DNA of 64,000 bases from Ostrea edulis (Eukaryota). The stretch lies in the NCBI RefSeq assembly GCF_947568905.1, contig NC_079172.1, positions 9,548,001 through 9,612,000 of the forward strand. The letters are read 5' to 3'. The notes under the pieces were generated by a model. It saw nothing but the letters and a program-made list of their open reading frames with translations. It had not been told where the DNA came from and ran no database searches. Position numbers and translations under genes: made by a program. This document shows positions 14,301 to 29,045 of this stretch, piece by piece (the stretch's first letter is position 1; every line of letters begins with the position of its first letter).

Positions 14301-17300
14301 CCGTTGTGTTTCCTCTCCAGTTAATTGATAGAAGTTATGTTGGGCTTCTTATAATGGGAGGGGGGAGAGACCCCCGTCACCCGAGTTTGGTTGAAAATAA
14401 ATACATTTGCCTATTCTTATGCACGTTCACTTGAAAATTGGGGGAAATACATACATTATATGGGGTGATATTCTGGATTGTGAATTGTACTGTGAATTTG
14501 TACCTGTGCTTTCCCTAACGGTAGCACTGCCAACCTATCAATCTCTCTCCCTCTCCTTTGTAATGTTATGGATTTCGATTAAACATTGAGAGTTTTCCAC
14601 CAGTATACGATACACAAAGATCAGAGGCGTACACGTGTACCTACGTGTAAGTACGCATAAACTTCCATATTAGTTAGAAAAAAGAGACAACCGATTAAAA
14701 ACTGAACTGAAATAAGTGGTAATAATTCAAACGATTAGTATATAAGAATAAAACTGCGATAAACAAGTACTTATCATAAAATACATTTAGTAAACATACA
14801 CTGTACAGTACCATTGATTTGTTTTAATAATTGAATAATATAACCGCTTTTAGGAAGGCGGAAGTGAATGTGGAAGCTGTTAAATATTTTGACGTGTTGT
14901 ATTATCTCGCTCAGAGAACTATTATTTGATAATATTTTCAATAATTCATATTTTATCTTTAGAAGTTTATATGACACTTTCTCTACGTTTTCCTCTACTA
15001 TTCAAATAGACTGAATGATCAAGAGAAATCCACGGAACGTACGAATAGAAGGAAATGACCGTCAGAATTATATATATATATATATATATTACAACCGAAG
15101 AAGACCGGTAACACGGTCGGAATATTTCTATAAAGTGTTTAGAGTTGTTTTTTTGGTTTTTTGGGTTTTTTTTTTATAGATTTTACAATATATATATATA
15201 TATCACAAAGCCGATAAAGTATACTCAGCTAGTTTCTTCAATACTTCAGGAGTATATCTTATATATATACAATATTGTTTACAATCCTGTTCACTATATT
15301 CAAATCTAAAATGAAGATGTGCGATATTACAGGGATCTACCACGGTTATACTGCAGATATAATGGACGTGCTATTACCGGTCTTTGAGATGTGGTATTAT
15401 AATGGTTCGCTATTCCGTCGTAAAACGCAGTCAAGAAACCGCTACTACTGAATCATTTTAATCAAAGCACATCACCAAGAATGTCTCCGAAACCTCTCAT
15501 AGTTATCATAAATGCTAATTGTAGATCAATCTCTTTCCTGTGGGAAGCATTTTTCAACATTAAAGATGCTATATTAGAAAACGGCGAGAGGTGACCCCTC
15601 TGACCTTAAGTATCTTGTATCAGAAACTTATTTATATTACATATACACTGTATGTGGTCTTTGTGCATAACAAAACATCAGAGAAAGCTGTCCATTTATC
15701 AAACATCAATTAATTACATCATCAGGAAAGATCAGACTGTGTATTCCCTACGTATTTTTTTCTGAAAATAAGAAGTCTGATAAAGACTTCATTGAGATTA
15801 ATTTCTATAGCAAAAGCCATTGTGGTAAGCCGAATCGATGACTAGAAGATTTATGGCCCTGTCTTGCTATGTATACCGAATTTGATTAGTTATATAATAA
15901 CAGATTTGCATCTTAAAAGGACTCTTTGATTTAAGTAACAGATTTCAAAATATCGTATTTAATGATTTTCACGGAAAAGGGAATCTCGACGAAGTCCGTG
16001 ATACCGCTGAACTCTACAATCGATTTAGGGCCTCTGAAGCCAGTCCATGTCCTCACTACGAGTTCACTGCCTGAAAAATTGTTTATCATTCATATGCAAA
16101 GGATTTTAAGAAACTCGCTGTGTGAAGAAGGATGAAAATTGTTTACCGGCTTGTATATAGCAATGCCGAGGGAACGGCTACGATTGTATATTTTAAGCTG
16201 AATGAGTTTATGTAAAATATTTCGTAAATTGACAGTATCTGTAAAAGCGTTTAAATTATCTTCTCTTGTAAAATATTATTTCAACACCAATACTTTGATT
16301 GGGAATATAAATGTATACGGATTATTTTTTTCTTATCCACTCTTAAAAGATTTTATTTAATATAACAAACACCTGTACGAGTAAGTATTTAACTGATGAA
16401 TATCCTTATAGTACCAAGAGTCATCTGAAAAGCAACAACACGATACAGGGTTATACACAGGATGACATCGATCTTCCTTAAAAAGACTTTCTATTTTGGC
16501 GCATTTGGTGGGTGGTGAGAAAGAGATAAAATGGTATAACGGAAGATCAGTCTACAGAGACTGTCGTTAGCAGACTTGAGATATGGATAACTACTTAAAC
16601 ATGGATTTCAATATCAGTGATCTTCTCTAAACACCAACCAATATATTTTTGAAAGATATTATCTCTTCCATTATAATGCCTTTTAACATACGATATTGTA
16701 TGTTGAGCTATTTCGCAAAGCACTTGACATTTTTAAGAAGCAATTTCGTCCTATAACCAATCTTAATTCTCGTATTGAAGAAACACCAAATTACAGTATT
16801 AAAATAAAACGTGCTCAGCATTTATGCTATTTCAATTGGACCACATCTAAAGTTACGATAAGAATAAAGAACTTTAGATGATAAGGGCTTTCTTGGCCCC
16901 TATATATAACAAAACTCTATTTCTTATGGGATAAAAGCACTGTATCCATTACCAATTTCGTATCATATCTTGTAATCTAATGTCAGAAGTGAACGATTCA
17001 TATTTTCTACCAGTAATATTATACCTGGAATATCACATACGCAATGGCGCTGTACATGTGTGAATCATTGTGCCATTTTTCATATGGAATATGGGGAATC
17101 ATACATTTTAATTAGGATCACTTGTTGTAAAATTAAGATTTACAATTACATGTATATCAGAAAGTTGTGCATCCACTCATCATCAAAATAAAGATACTTA
17201 TAATAACCTATAGAGATAACACCCATTTTGAGGACCATCATAAGCACATGTCAAAGATACAGCTATAGTTCTAACCATTTCACCAAGACACCGAAGCCAA

Positions 17301-18869
17301 CTTCTGCACTGCATTTTAATTACAGCTGCATTTAATAAGCATGGACATGATGTTCTGATTAAACACCGGACTCCCCATTCTCATTCCGTAACCTCCCTGA
17401 CCTGGTATCGACTGGCGATACTCAAACTTTCCTCTTTTATGATTTGGGTTATGCTTCTCTCGTGTGGCATCGAACGGCCGACGATCGTTTGTCTCGTTTT
17501 CGTCGTGCTGCAAGTCAGGGGCAATTAGACCTCAAAGATATCAGATGCCTCAGCCAGTAGCAAACAAGAAAACAAAAGAAACACGTTGTGATAAAATGAC
17601 GGATCATCGCATATTTCCGAAAATCCTGATCACGATCTTGACCAACACATGCCGAAGCAGAAGAGAAAAAAGGGGATATTATGTTCTTGTTTACACGTTT
17701 GCTGATGACAGACAGATCTGAGAGCGAGTATGTAGTCATAAAGAAGGGGAACAGGAAGATGTAATTTGTTTCTATGGGAATGCAGTGCACACTATTCTGT
17801 ATGACTGATAAGATTAATTACAAAGAGCAAGCCTAAAATGAATATACAATTGTTAATATGTTTGTCCTCATTTGGTTTGGATACAAGTTATGATACCTTA
17901 CATACTATAAATTCGTTCCCCGATATAAAATGATTATGTAGGAACACATGTCACATAAAGGTTATTATTATACTTCGTAATACATAATAATTTATTTACT
18001 GTTTGTTATCTTAAATGTTTCATTTCAGGGTCTAGTAGACAGGTTATCAAAACGTTCTGAGACTAGCGCCGTAAAATTAACATCACATCTTCTCTCGATG
18101 AATTCTCCATTGAAATCAATTTTGGTTCCGGTAAGAACAATGAATCGTAAAATGAAATGTTTAACAATTATTTGCAAGAGACACTCTTTGGACATTAACA
18201 AAGGAAATTTTAAATTTTTTGTAAATCTGATCTATAAAAAGTATTATTGGCGCATTCACATGCAGTGTACTAGTATGATGCATCAGTCTATATCCGAGTC
18301 CAAGGACGACATATTTGCCAGCAGGCGCCCTGATTCTTGGGTATTTGGATAACCATATCAACTTCTCGTTTTCACAACCTCCATGATGGTTTATGTCGTA
18401 TAAAAACAAGTAACTAGTGCAACTTTTGTACTCCTCCTATATTCTCAATTATTGATTTTATTTTACGTTGAGTGAAATGTTGACACTTTGACAATAGGTT
18501 TCTCCTACGGCGTCATATTTACTTTTTTTTCTGAAATCACTTGAAAATACGAACTGATAGGGAATTTTCAAATAGAGCTAATTGAGTGTGTTTTAAAAAA
18601 AACATTTTGTTAAATGATGGCATGATATGATTGAAACGCCATACCGGGTATTTTGAAGTTGCGCCTATTATGCATGCCATGAATGCTAGCAATGGTTTTT
18701 ATTCCAGTTTCACTAACAAAATATAACGAACACTCGTGCAATACCAGTACTTAATATCTCTTGCTTCAAACATTATGATTACGATGGTCCAAGAACTTTT
18801 CGATCACCCCTCTTACAGTATACAGCAAGTTCCTTTATACATTACAACCTGCACGGTCGACCTTCTATA

Positions 18870-18946
18870 CCATATACTCAAATATATTACCTTCTACACC
18901 ATATACTCAAATATATTACCTTCTACACCATATACTCAAATATATT
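18870..18946. repeat. Short tandem repeat, 29-bp unit, about 2.5-3 copies
   Basis: ttctacaccatatactcaaatatattacc repeated. Confidence 0.85.
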
Positions 18947-20725
18947 CACTGTGAAGTGTACGTTACATTACTGATTTGATAAACATATACTCTAATCCAA
19001 TACACTAACAGTGTTTGTTATGGTATCATAAACGTCCCAGCTGAACAGGGATATTTATAACTGTTATCAAGCTCATTATAGGGAACTATTACGATGTGGA
19101 TCTGATTGAGGTTCAGCTTCATTCAATTGACGACTCTTCCGGAAGACAATGGGTCTAGCAAATTCCAATTTATTGAACAGTCTGTCATTTGGATTCTTTT
19201 TACAAACAGTAAAAATGCCAAAGTAAGTTAAACGACTTGAGATAAAGTCGACTGTGATATATGGCTTGCCATTGATTTTGAAGACTGTAGATTGATGAAG
19301 AATTTAATGAAAACAGTCATCAGCGGAGATTAATAATAACTTGTTTTTTGTTCGCAATTGGACCAAGTATCATATCAGTTCTCCAACAGTTTGTTATTGC
19401 TACCACCTGGGTGTAAACAACGGTGTAACATTCAATGACTCACGTGGATATTCGCACCGATCTCCAGAGAATATGGTTTCCAAATAATGGTTTTTTTCTA
19501 TCTTTATTTGCCTTGAAAAATATCGTGCGTATGTGCTTGCTATTTTCGATCAAAAGAGACTTAAACATGGATGCGTTTATCTCCTACAAATTAGTACCTT
19601 CTTTGGTATTCTAAATCTTGATGGTATCATTAGGTGTGATTTTGACGAGATAACGGTAATATGCATTAAAGTTAAAAACCCGAAGTTGTTGCGGAATTCA
19701 TGTCTCCACTGGTATCTTTTAAATCTTATTCTAAACTGTGGTGTCAGTAATAGGCTTTGATCGTTTGCCTCCAATTTAGCTTATCAACGATCTCGTAATT
19801 AGGGGAAATTTATCGTTTAATTATATGTTTTCGTTCATGGAGAGGTATCATTCAAACTATAAATGTATGGCAACTAATTCTTCATACGAGTCCCTCAGTG
19901 TACCCAATTGTTAAATCATAGTGGTTCCTATCCTTCTGTTTTGGCATATTAAATTAATTTCTTTAAAAGATGGATGATATCGATCAATGTCAAGAGAGGC
20001 CATTCGTGTTACTAAATAACACATGTTAGCTACTTTCGTGTACATGTATGTACATAGTGCATTAACGTTACTACTCATTATTTTAGGCGATTGTACATGG
20101 ACCCACTCAGAAACCGTTATCCACAAAAACATATGTACTCCACAAATTATTAACGAAGCTGACGTTTTACTTATAAATCAATTTGTAATGACTAAACCGG
20201 AGGACATGTACGAGTACATTTAGTGAAACGTTTAACAGTTTGATCTGATTTCCACCCTAGCGACCAGAGAGAATCGCCGTCAAGATATTTACTATCAGTG
20301 TCACAGGAATGAGCAGATAGTTGATCGCTGAAGTTACTTCATTCTTAAGTAATTACCTTATGAAGTCATTTGACGAGAAAAACTACACTAATTAAATCTA
20401 CTAGGGGCCACACTAATCAATACACGACTCTTTCAGTTCATCATCATTATTACGTGTTAGTTTCTAAACTATGATCGCCATAATTTTATCTGATTATCAT
20501 GAAATAACTGCAATACCACGAAGTGAATTGGTAACGATTTTTGTTGCACTTCTCCTTAGATAAGTTTCTGAAACGCTTTGAAAATTTCATAATCGATTTA
20601 ACAAATGGCAAAGTCATCTTTTATTAGCGTTATCTGGTAAAATGCGAATATTGCAAGTGACAATTAAACGCAAAATTCATGCTACTTTCACAGTAGTTGA
20701 TAAAATCTGCTATACGCTACCATAC

Positions 20726-21155
20726 CTTGAATTGGAGCATAGAGATTGAGGGTCAAACAGTCCTCCTGACTATAGTTTGTGTGAAACATCCTTCGTCGAA
20801 TCTGTTCTCTATGACCCTCTGGGTATCTGAGGGAGGGTGGCTGTCTTATTTGGGGACACACCTCACTGACGTATGAAGCGTCATGCACATATTGCCACTT
20901 TCTGACCACAGAGGCTGGTGGCATAAACCGTGTCTTCCCTCCTCTTAGTGACGCATACCTTATCCCTGCAAACTGTTCCACTTGTTTGAAAGTGGGGTCT
21001 TTAGGGTACCCTATAACACGACCCCTAACTTGTCCTTGTTTGATTTCCACAATACGTTGTCCAATTTCTTTTACATAAACTTCCGAAAGGCAAGAATCAT
21101 GAGTTATCAGGATCACGAATCCCGCTATCAATACAACCGAACACATAACATCCAT
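20726..21155 (-). CDS. First coding exon B of a neuroligin-like / type-B carboxylesterase-family gene (paralog of exon A)
   Basis: ATG at 21155. Leader MDVMCSVVLIAGFVILITHDSCLS, then GQVRG, VEQFAGIRYA, RFMPP, KWQYVHDA, VCPQ and EDCLTLNLYAP. Phase-1 donor CAAG|GTATGG at 20726/20725, the same position as in exon A. 36 of 73 residues are identical to exon A in an ungapped alignment from ExGQR to VCPQ. Confidence 0.88.
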
Positions 21156-24100
21156 GTTCCAATCTCGTCAAAGTGTTTGCATGATTACATTATCGATGAC
21201 CGAGAAGTCTTACCGGGAAAAGTCATGAATGTGTGCGATAAACTAGTCCGAATAGAGACAGGTATGGAGAAGGGTCCATTAATCCAGGTGCCAGCAAAGG
21301 CACCCTATACAAATACAATGGCACGCTAGAAGTATTGGTTTAATCTGTCAATGAAGCGCTGTCATATTATGGCGGTATATAGTTTAACTGATCGTTGGTG
21401 ATCAGAACAGGTATTGATGGAAAGAGGCAGTTTAACGCTCGCAGACAACTATAACCTGCCACTTAACACTATCCAGCAATTTGTACACTCAATTTCATTA
21501 AGTGGCCAAATTCACCAAGAAATCTTTACGACATGTTCAAGTGGTGTCTCTTTGTATCTATGCTTCACTCCTAAAATCTAATTCCAAAGTCACAAAGAAC
21601 AAATAGCGGTGCCTCCGTAGTGGTGGAGCGAACATATAAAACCAGCCAATGATAGTTGAAAATATCGTTATATACATCTTGATGTATCTGTATTCCAAAC
21701 AAAATTAATTTCCATTGCAGAACGGCGCTCAAACAATCACATACGCCATCAACCAGCCACGTTTGACTCTTCTTATATATAAATAATAATGCTGAACTTT
21801 CATACACTGTTCGGCTCAGGTTGAGGGTTATCAATATAGAGAAGTATTAACTACCTCCATTATCTAAACACAAGGGGGGATCACAAAATACCATGTTTTT
21901 CTTTACGACTGAAACCCAAGAAATACGACTTAACAATACGACGAAGAAATTCAGCGTGTAATAAAACAATTCTTTTTCTTGTTCTCTCCCCACATTTCGA
22001 CACTTAATGTCGAGTCAAACATAGAGATAGATAAAGAAGGCGTCCCAACGGAAAGAATCTACAAAATCGCAATATCCAAGACAGAGAGTGATTACAGGGA
22101 AGAGTTCGGCCAAAATAGCAATGCGATGTACTCAAAACATCACTAATACAAAGATAGAAGGCTTATAATGATATTCATAACTAGAGTTTGATTTATAGCA
22201 TCTTCTTGTGAACTTCCTAACGATCGATGCACGACTAGGAATCAAGTTGCAGTGGTACACTGTCGCGGGTCGCACTTTGGGACAGCCGGCCAACTGAAAA
22301 GTCTCATTTTGGAGGGGAAAGTGTCACAAACCCTCTCAGTTGTGAAATAAGACAGACGGAGAATAGTCTCAACAAATATGTTAATTATGGGATGTAGAAG
22401 TTTAATCAATCTCTTGGTGAGTGAACAGCATTTGACATCTGCACATCTGCAGGACTCTGTAGAGGAGTCAAATGTCCCTTGCTTTCTAAGGATCTGGAAA
22501 AACTCCATGTCTTTGAATGCACACTTACATATTTCCATTTGAGTTCACATCAAAAGTTTCATCGAATAATCAAGAAATCGTTCAACAACTGGATATAGCT
22601 TTCAATCCGCTCCTAGTTTTAATTATAGATACATTTACATACAGTTTTAGATGAAAGTTGTATATATCTCTGTGTAAGAGAGAGAAAGTTATATCATATT
22701 CACTATAGTTTACTCTTCTTCTTTTTGCATTTTATTATTTCTTTAAATAAAAATTGCCAAAATTAAACTGCAGCAAAAATAATGCTTTATAGTGAATATT
22801 ACATTAAATCGTGAATTTCTTTTCTCACACAAAATAAAACGCAGTATAGCTAAGATGACCACTAAGAAATTGTCCAGGACCTGTTTTGGAGCCTTTAATA
22901 CTGCACCACAATACATATTTTTAGTACTCACTTTCTCTAATAGAAAATGCACGATGATCATCTGACCAGCAAATCACGTGACAATACCTACTATACCGTT
23001 CTAAGTAAGTCAATAACAGAATAGCGAAGCATGATACGCTGCGTAAAACATAAAACAAGTTTTGAAAGCTTTAAAAATAATAGCCTACATATGAAAAATA
23101 CCCACTTTAAACAATATTTTTACCACGGTACATGATGAGAATTGGGTAGCTCACACTACCTAGTATGCTGGTGCTCTCCATTGAAGGGTCAAGGTCACAA
23201 TATACACTGTATATTATAGATATACAACAACTGCGTTAAACACACGCTGCATGGTCCACCTTACTCAGTTCATAGCGGAGTACTTTCCCTTTATTTCTTA
23301 TACCGTTGTTTTCGACAGGTGTACGATTGTGGACAAAGATTTGTCTAAATCTGATGAGTGAATGCCCTTGCAATAGGGAAGATTCCTAGGGCATTCCGAT
23401 AGGAAACATGAGTTATAATTGTTGATAAAATATATTTGATCTCGGATGGATATGCCACATTTTGGAAAAGAGTAAACCCTTTGATCCTCCCCTCAGTACA
23501 CACCAGAATAATACGTCATAATTTCAGTCATGACGTAATATCACTGAGCGCAGCAAGGCCTATTTACATTGAATGGAGGTCACAAGACGTGGTTGTCAGT
23601 ATTGATTACGTAGACTGTAAACATAATTATATCAATGGATTTTTTATGACGTCATAATAACCATTTATTTCTCGTTCTGTTCAATTATGTTATGGTTGTT
23701 AGTGACTTTAACTGTGCTGCAAGCATTGATAATAATAACAATTTCTTGAATCTTATATAGCCGTGTTCTGATTAAATTCTTTAAAATGCCACATCGTACA
23801 TATAACTACAGAACATATATTGCTTACGTTCATTCGCTCTGAACTTAATCCATACACATTGTTTATTGGTTGTGGACGTTTGATTAAGATTCACAATGCT
23901 TCTTCACATAGCTGCGATCCCTTTATACATGTATCTACATTCAATATCTCTAGTGGTAATACAATTGGCATTAGGATTGATATACAAATTTATCGCCCTG
24001 ATCGGCGCGCTTTCTATATAATGAATTTATGAGCAGTACTATGTTGAATTCACAAGTTCGAACACGTGCAAAAAATGGTGACCGTGCAGGTTACATTGTT

Positions 24101-25507
24101 TCGTGGTTTTTTTTGCCATTAACTATACAGTTTATTCCCTCAAAAATGATGTTAAGAAAATTTGAAGTAGATTAATTCGGTCGTTTTACAGATTAGATTG
24201 GATCCTTGTGAGTAACGTTTTGAAAACTCGTGCAAAACACGTGATTACAAGTCCAAAGTGTTAAGGAGATGCGACATAGAACTTCTGTAAAATATGTGAC
24301 GTAGTGCCAATATTTCTCAGAGTGGAAGACATTAGGTGTTTGTGCTGAATTTACGACAGAATCAGGAGATGGAATAAGAACTGCATTATGACAGTGAATT
24401 CTCATAAATTAAGTGATTTCTATAGAATTTCTAAGGAAATAATAACACTTCAGGCTTTACTATATTGATTTTCTTGTCCTCTTTAGAAAATTATCAAAAT
24501 CCGATAAACGAAAATGCATGATAAAAACTCTTCCGTCTGCAAAAAAAAAAAATTCTCATAGTTTTAAAGCAACTTTTTAGTCTCCATAATATGTGGTTAA
24601 ACATTAAGAGCAGTCTGACATACGTACTTTACCATTAATAAAAATACACTTCTAACATTGCTGGGAGAATGGGTTTACGTTTCGACATGTACCGGTTTAA
24701 ATAAATGTTGTCAGTTGAAAAAAGTTTCTCTGACATTTTTAATACGACATTCTTTTTGTTTGTCATAAAACAGGGGAATGGTACATGGTCTTCCATTTCC
24801 TGTCTATGTCTTACGGAGTTTTGGATAAGTGGTAGGTCAAGAGTCTGAGCCGTACCGGAGACATAAAGTACCTCCAAATTTTGAGGAAAGTTATTGGCAA
24901 TGTTTTATTTTACGACGATGAGTTACAAAAACGTTTTTATTCTGATTTTATCTCTAAACACCCATTTGGAAATTTACAATTGTATAATTTCCTTGCAACA
25001 ACTGCTTGAACACAAAAAAGAGGAGTAATAAATGTCATCTACAGTAATCAAATTTTTCTGTCCGAATGGTATCTCGGCCGTGAATAGTGATGGATCGGAT
25101 GCGTGGCTCTTTTAGGTTCGACGTTTAGTACAATATTGACGCTGTAAACTGTGTTCAGAATGCAAATATCGCTGCTAAAATATTCACGCTCGGAAGCTTT
25201 GATATTAATACATGTACATGTAGCAATATATTATAATAGTGTAATTTGAAAGGGTACAATTTAATTAGGAATGTCATGTTTCTAGCAGATACCTAGCTGC
25301 ATTTTAATTATTCTGGTAATATACAAAAGAATTTCCTCGTTCTACAGAATATTCTTTTTAAGTTTTAACGATTAATCTTTAATAGAGTATTTTAATTTAG
25401 AAAGCTTCATTTTAAATTTAATGAATAACAACCAGTATCACCACGCAAGTTAAAACTTTCAATACAGGAATTTTACTGGCGGATTCGTTCTTACACTTGC
25501 AATGTTA

Positions 25508-25737
25508 GGGGCCTCCGTGACCGATTGGTTGGAGCATCACGGCCTCTCACCTCTGGTCAAGCGGGTTCGAATCCCACTCGCACCAGTCAGTGAGAAAGTT
25601 TCCCAGTTTACTTTTGGAAGGTCGGTGGTCTCTTCCCATGTACATTGTATCTGGGTTCTCTCTTCCGCCAATAAAGACTGGGCGCCACCAGATAACTGAA
25701 AAATTGTTGAGTGTGGCGGAAAACATCAATCAATCAC
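25508..25737 (+). mobile_element. tRNA-derived SINE
   Basis: tRNA-like head with B box GGTTCGAATCC (25564-25574), a central domain, and an (ATCA)n tail. Confidence 0.7.
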
Positions 25738-25795
25738 TTACAATATTAGAACATCTATCGATGAACATTACCATAAATCTGAATGCAAGTGTTTG

Positions 25796-26017
25796 ATAGA
25801 TTGATTTTTTTTTTGTTTAACGTCCCTCTCGAAAATATTTCACTCACGTGGAGACGTCACTACTGCCGGTGAAGGCCTGCAAAATTTAGACTATGCTCGG
25901 CGCTTATGGCCACTGAGCAGGAAGGGATCTTTATCGTACCACACCTGTTGTGACATGGGACCTCGGTTTTTATGGTCTCATCCGAAAAATCGCACCATTT
26001 AGTCGGTACCCCACGGG
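25796..26017 (-). mobile_element. Second copy of the Meta/Deu-type SINE, internally deleted
   Basis: Reverse complement of most of 40877-41140. Confidence 0.6.
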
Positions 26018-26416
26018 AATGCAAGTGTGATTTATGCAATAAAACTAACTGGTAAAATATTTACCCCATCGTGTACGATTTAGACTTCTTCACTAGGTAG
26101 CGTCTCTGAAATGGAAGCGTCTCTAAAATCCATTCTATATATCAAAAGAGAATCTCAAAGAGAAATGAATGGTCTTCAGAGCCATAACTTAAAACTTACT
26201 AATGACGTAAGGTTCTTATGGAAAGAACACAATGAACATGTGAGATACATCAAAATCAAAGGTGAGCTAGCTCGTCTCGCTTTTTGGCCACTGAGCCTTA
26301 AATTTCAAATATTATCGGTGTAGAAGTTCGTGACCGATGTAACCGTGTAATGAGTGATGTAAAAAACCTACTCTGATTAATATGGTTTTAAATCTTGCAT
26401 AAATTCTAAAATCCAT

Positions 26417-26459
<43 letters not shown>

Positions 26460-27119
26460 GGTAAATACAGAAAAATTCACTATACATGGAATACCCATTT
26501 CAGCCCCTATCTGGGGTTGAATTCTTTTCCTACGGAACCAAACCTAACAGTGCATGACCTTTGCGCCGTGGGACCTTGTTGACAAATTCGATGACGTTAG
26601 AATTCTCTCCTCGTTGCCAAAGTACACGGTTGGTGAAAAGGGGAATTAAAATTTTGAAGTTTCATACACAAGATGCACACTTTGTTTGAAATATTTTATG
26701 AAACACGGATATTGCAATTAATTTAAAATGAAATATAACTGACGTATGTGACAAAATATTGAAAATAAACTAAATATTCATAATCATCTAGTAATCAGCC
26801 ATTCAAAAATTACTTTCTTAAACACCACTATGATTCTACGCACAAGTACTCTGAATTTGATCTTAAAAAATATGCTGGAGTTCCTCAATTGGTGATCAGA
26901 CCTTCCAACAGTCTGTTGGAATTACCATAGACACGAATTGTGCTCTATTGTAAGCTGACCTGTTTTTATATTCTTATGAGGCATAATTTATTCAAAAGCT
27001 CCTAAATGAGAAGAACAATTCTCTAGCTGTGGTCTTCAACTCAACTAGATAAATCGGCGATGTTTTATCTACTAACAATAATCATTTTCATTCATATGTC
27101 GATTCGATATATCTCAGTG

Positions 27120-27734
27120 AACACGTAAAAAAGACACCATAGTCTTCCACATCTGCTTCGAACTTAAATATTTTATTGAACATAGATGCTAACGACAAAC
27201 TAACTCAACTTTATGATAAACGGAATGACTTCAGTTTCTCTGTCGTCAAATTCCCATATTTATGTAGCACTATTCCATTATTACCTGCATATGGTGTTTT
27301 TATCAACTGATTAGATACGCAAGAGCTTGTTCTGCGTGTGATCAGAGTTTAAATCGACGCAGGCAACTGACAAACAAGATGATGTTATAGAAGTCTCAAC
27401 AGTATCGTTTAAAGTCGATATTTCGCAAACTCTGAGGTCATTATAACGATCTAGTTTGCCAATACAACTTATCATTGGGTCAAATACTGTCTGACGTGTT
27501 TCATACCGATTGTTAGGCCGTTCTTGGCACCCTGATTTTGACTACGGATAACTCCGTTACCTGATCACGATATAGGGCTCACGGCGGGTTTGACCAGTCA
27601 AAGGGGATGTTTACTCCTCCTAGGCACCTGCTCCCACCCGTTTAATTCAAGGGTCGGTGTTTGCCCAACTCTTAATTTTGCATTCCTTTTGGGAGTTACG
27701 AGATTGATCACTGTTGGTTATCTTCACCTTTTCA
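27120..27734 (+). mobile_element. 5'-truncated Penelope-like retroelement (RT C-terminus + 3' end), frameshifted
   Basis: Encodes SASNLNILLNID...TQLYDKRNDFSFSVVKFPYLCSTIPLLPAYGV, followed by the 3' module shared by all copies (actcctcctaggcacctg...gagattgatcactgtt...tatcttcaccttttcat). Assignment to PLE (possibly Naiad-type) is from memory of the motif. Confidence 0.65.
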
Positions 27735-29045
27735 TAAAGCACAGAGGAATATCCATACATATGGATACCCACTTCTGCGACCAGTCCGAAATTCAACCCT
27801 GGACCTCAGTGCCGCAGAACTTAACCTCCCAGCAGCTATAGTGACTAGTGCGTGATCTAGGCAATTCAAAAAGATTTACATGTACAATGTATGTATAACT
27901 TGATGTTGCCCCACTGTGGAAAGGTTATTGGAGACAAGCGCAGTTATCGCAACTTACTCTTGACTAAATATAACTGCCATAAGTAAAGTAATATTGAATA
28001 TAAAGTGCAAAGAAATTCACTATTATAAATATTAGTTCCGCCCCACTCTGGGTTGAACTCATGACATGCGGAACCACACCTACTAGAAATACCTAGCCAG
28101 ATAATCAAATCTGTCTCCAAACACATGGAGATAGAGTTATATGCATCGATAAATCCCATTATCACTTCAATGTTTTAAAGTGAAATAATTGTATTTCGTT
28201 CCTTTAAATCCTATATTTCCCATGCGAGATAAATATTTACCAGATATACTCTATGGTCTAAAGCTCTGTAAATGCTCATAGAAAATGCTGATTTCTGCCG
28301 TCGGTTTATTAACGGGTTTTCGTGGTACTCCGCAATTTTAATAAATCTCAGGATGAAAATACATTTTGAACATTCCTCCCAACTCCATTGGCAAGAATAG
28401 TCATAAGAGATAATTCCACCATGCTATCGTCTCCATGCTAACGGAATTCCATTAGCCTTCACGGCTTTTCTCATAGTGTCCTAATGGGATTGGGACAGAA
28501 TGATTTTGAACAAATACGACAAAATCTCCGAAGGGTTGAAGATTCAAACCAGAGATAACAGAGAATACATGCAAATGTGGGATAAGTGAATCATGTACTT
28601 GTGTGTAAAATCAACAAATTCATAAATAATTAGGGGAAACGAGATTTCTCTACAACCATAATCGAAAAAAAGTCACATTAGATGCAGCCATAAGGCAGTA
28701 ATACCCACACGCAAGTGTTTGCCTTATATATACTCTGCGTTGTACATGTGTAACTAGCAAAGAAACCACAATAATTACAATATAACATGCCATATATCTT
28801 TTTCAAGATGCATTGAATATTCTGTTGGGCAAGTGCCGGGAGGTCATACCAAACCCTATTTCATAATTGTTGAAATATACTAGTATTTAAAACAATTGAA
28901 GTCCTGACCCCTAACCATTTATTCTCCCTGCATTTATCTATTGAATATTCTGATAGACAAGTGCACCTGGGTCATCCCAACCCCTATCATCTTTTATTGT
29001 ACAAATATATTTAAAAAATGCTTGAGATTCCAACCCTTAAAGCAA

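Noticed and set aside
15930-16070. Minus-strand acceptor (aatttttcag) opening 46 codons in phase 1 (GSELVVRTWTGFRGPK...)
   Set aside because: No family similarity and no convincing phase-compatible donor before the stop.
23510-23660. Cluster of CRE-like TGACGT(C/A)A sites upstream of exon B as a promoter
   Set aside because: The motif is short and also occurs elsewhere (11129, 12700), and there is no independent evidence of a transcription start. Too weak to call.
25508-25585. tRNA gene
   Set aside because: It has a B box but no cloverleaf or acceptor stem, and it continues into a SINE body and tail.
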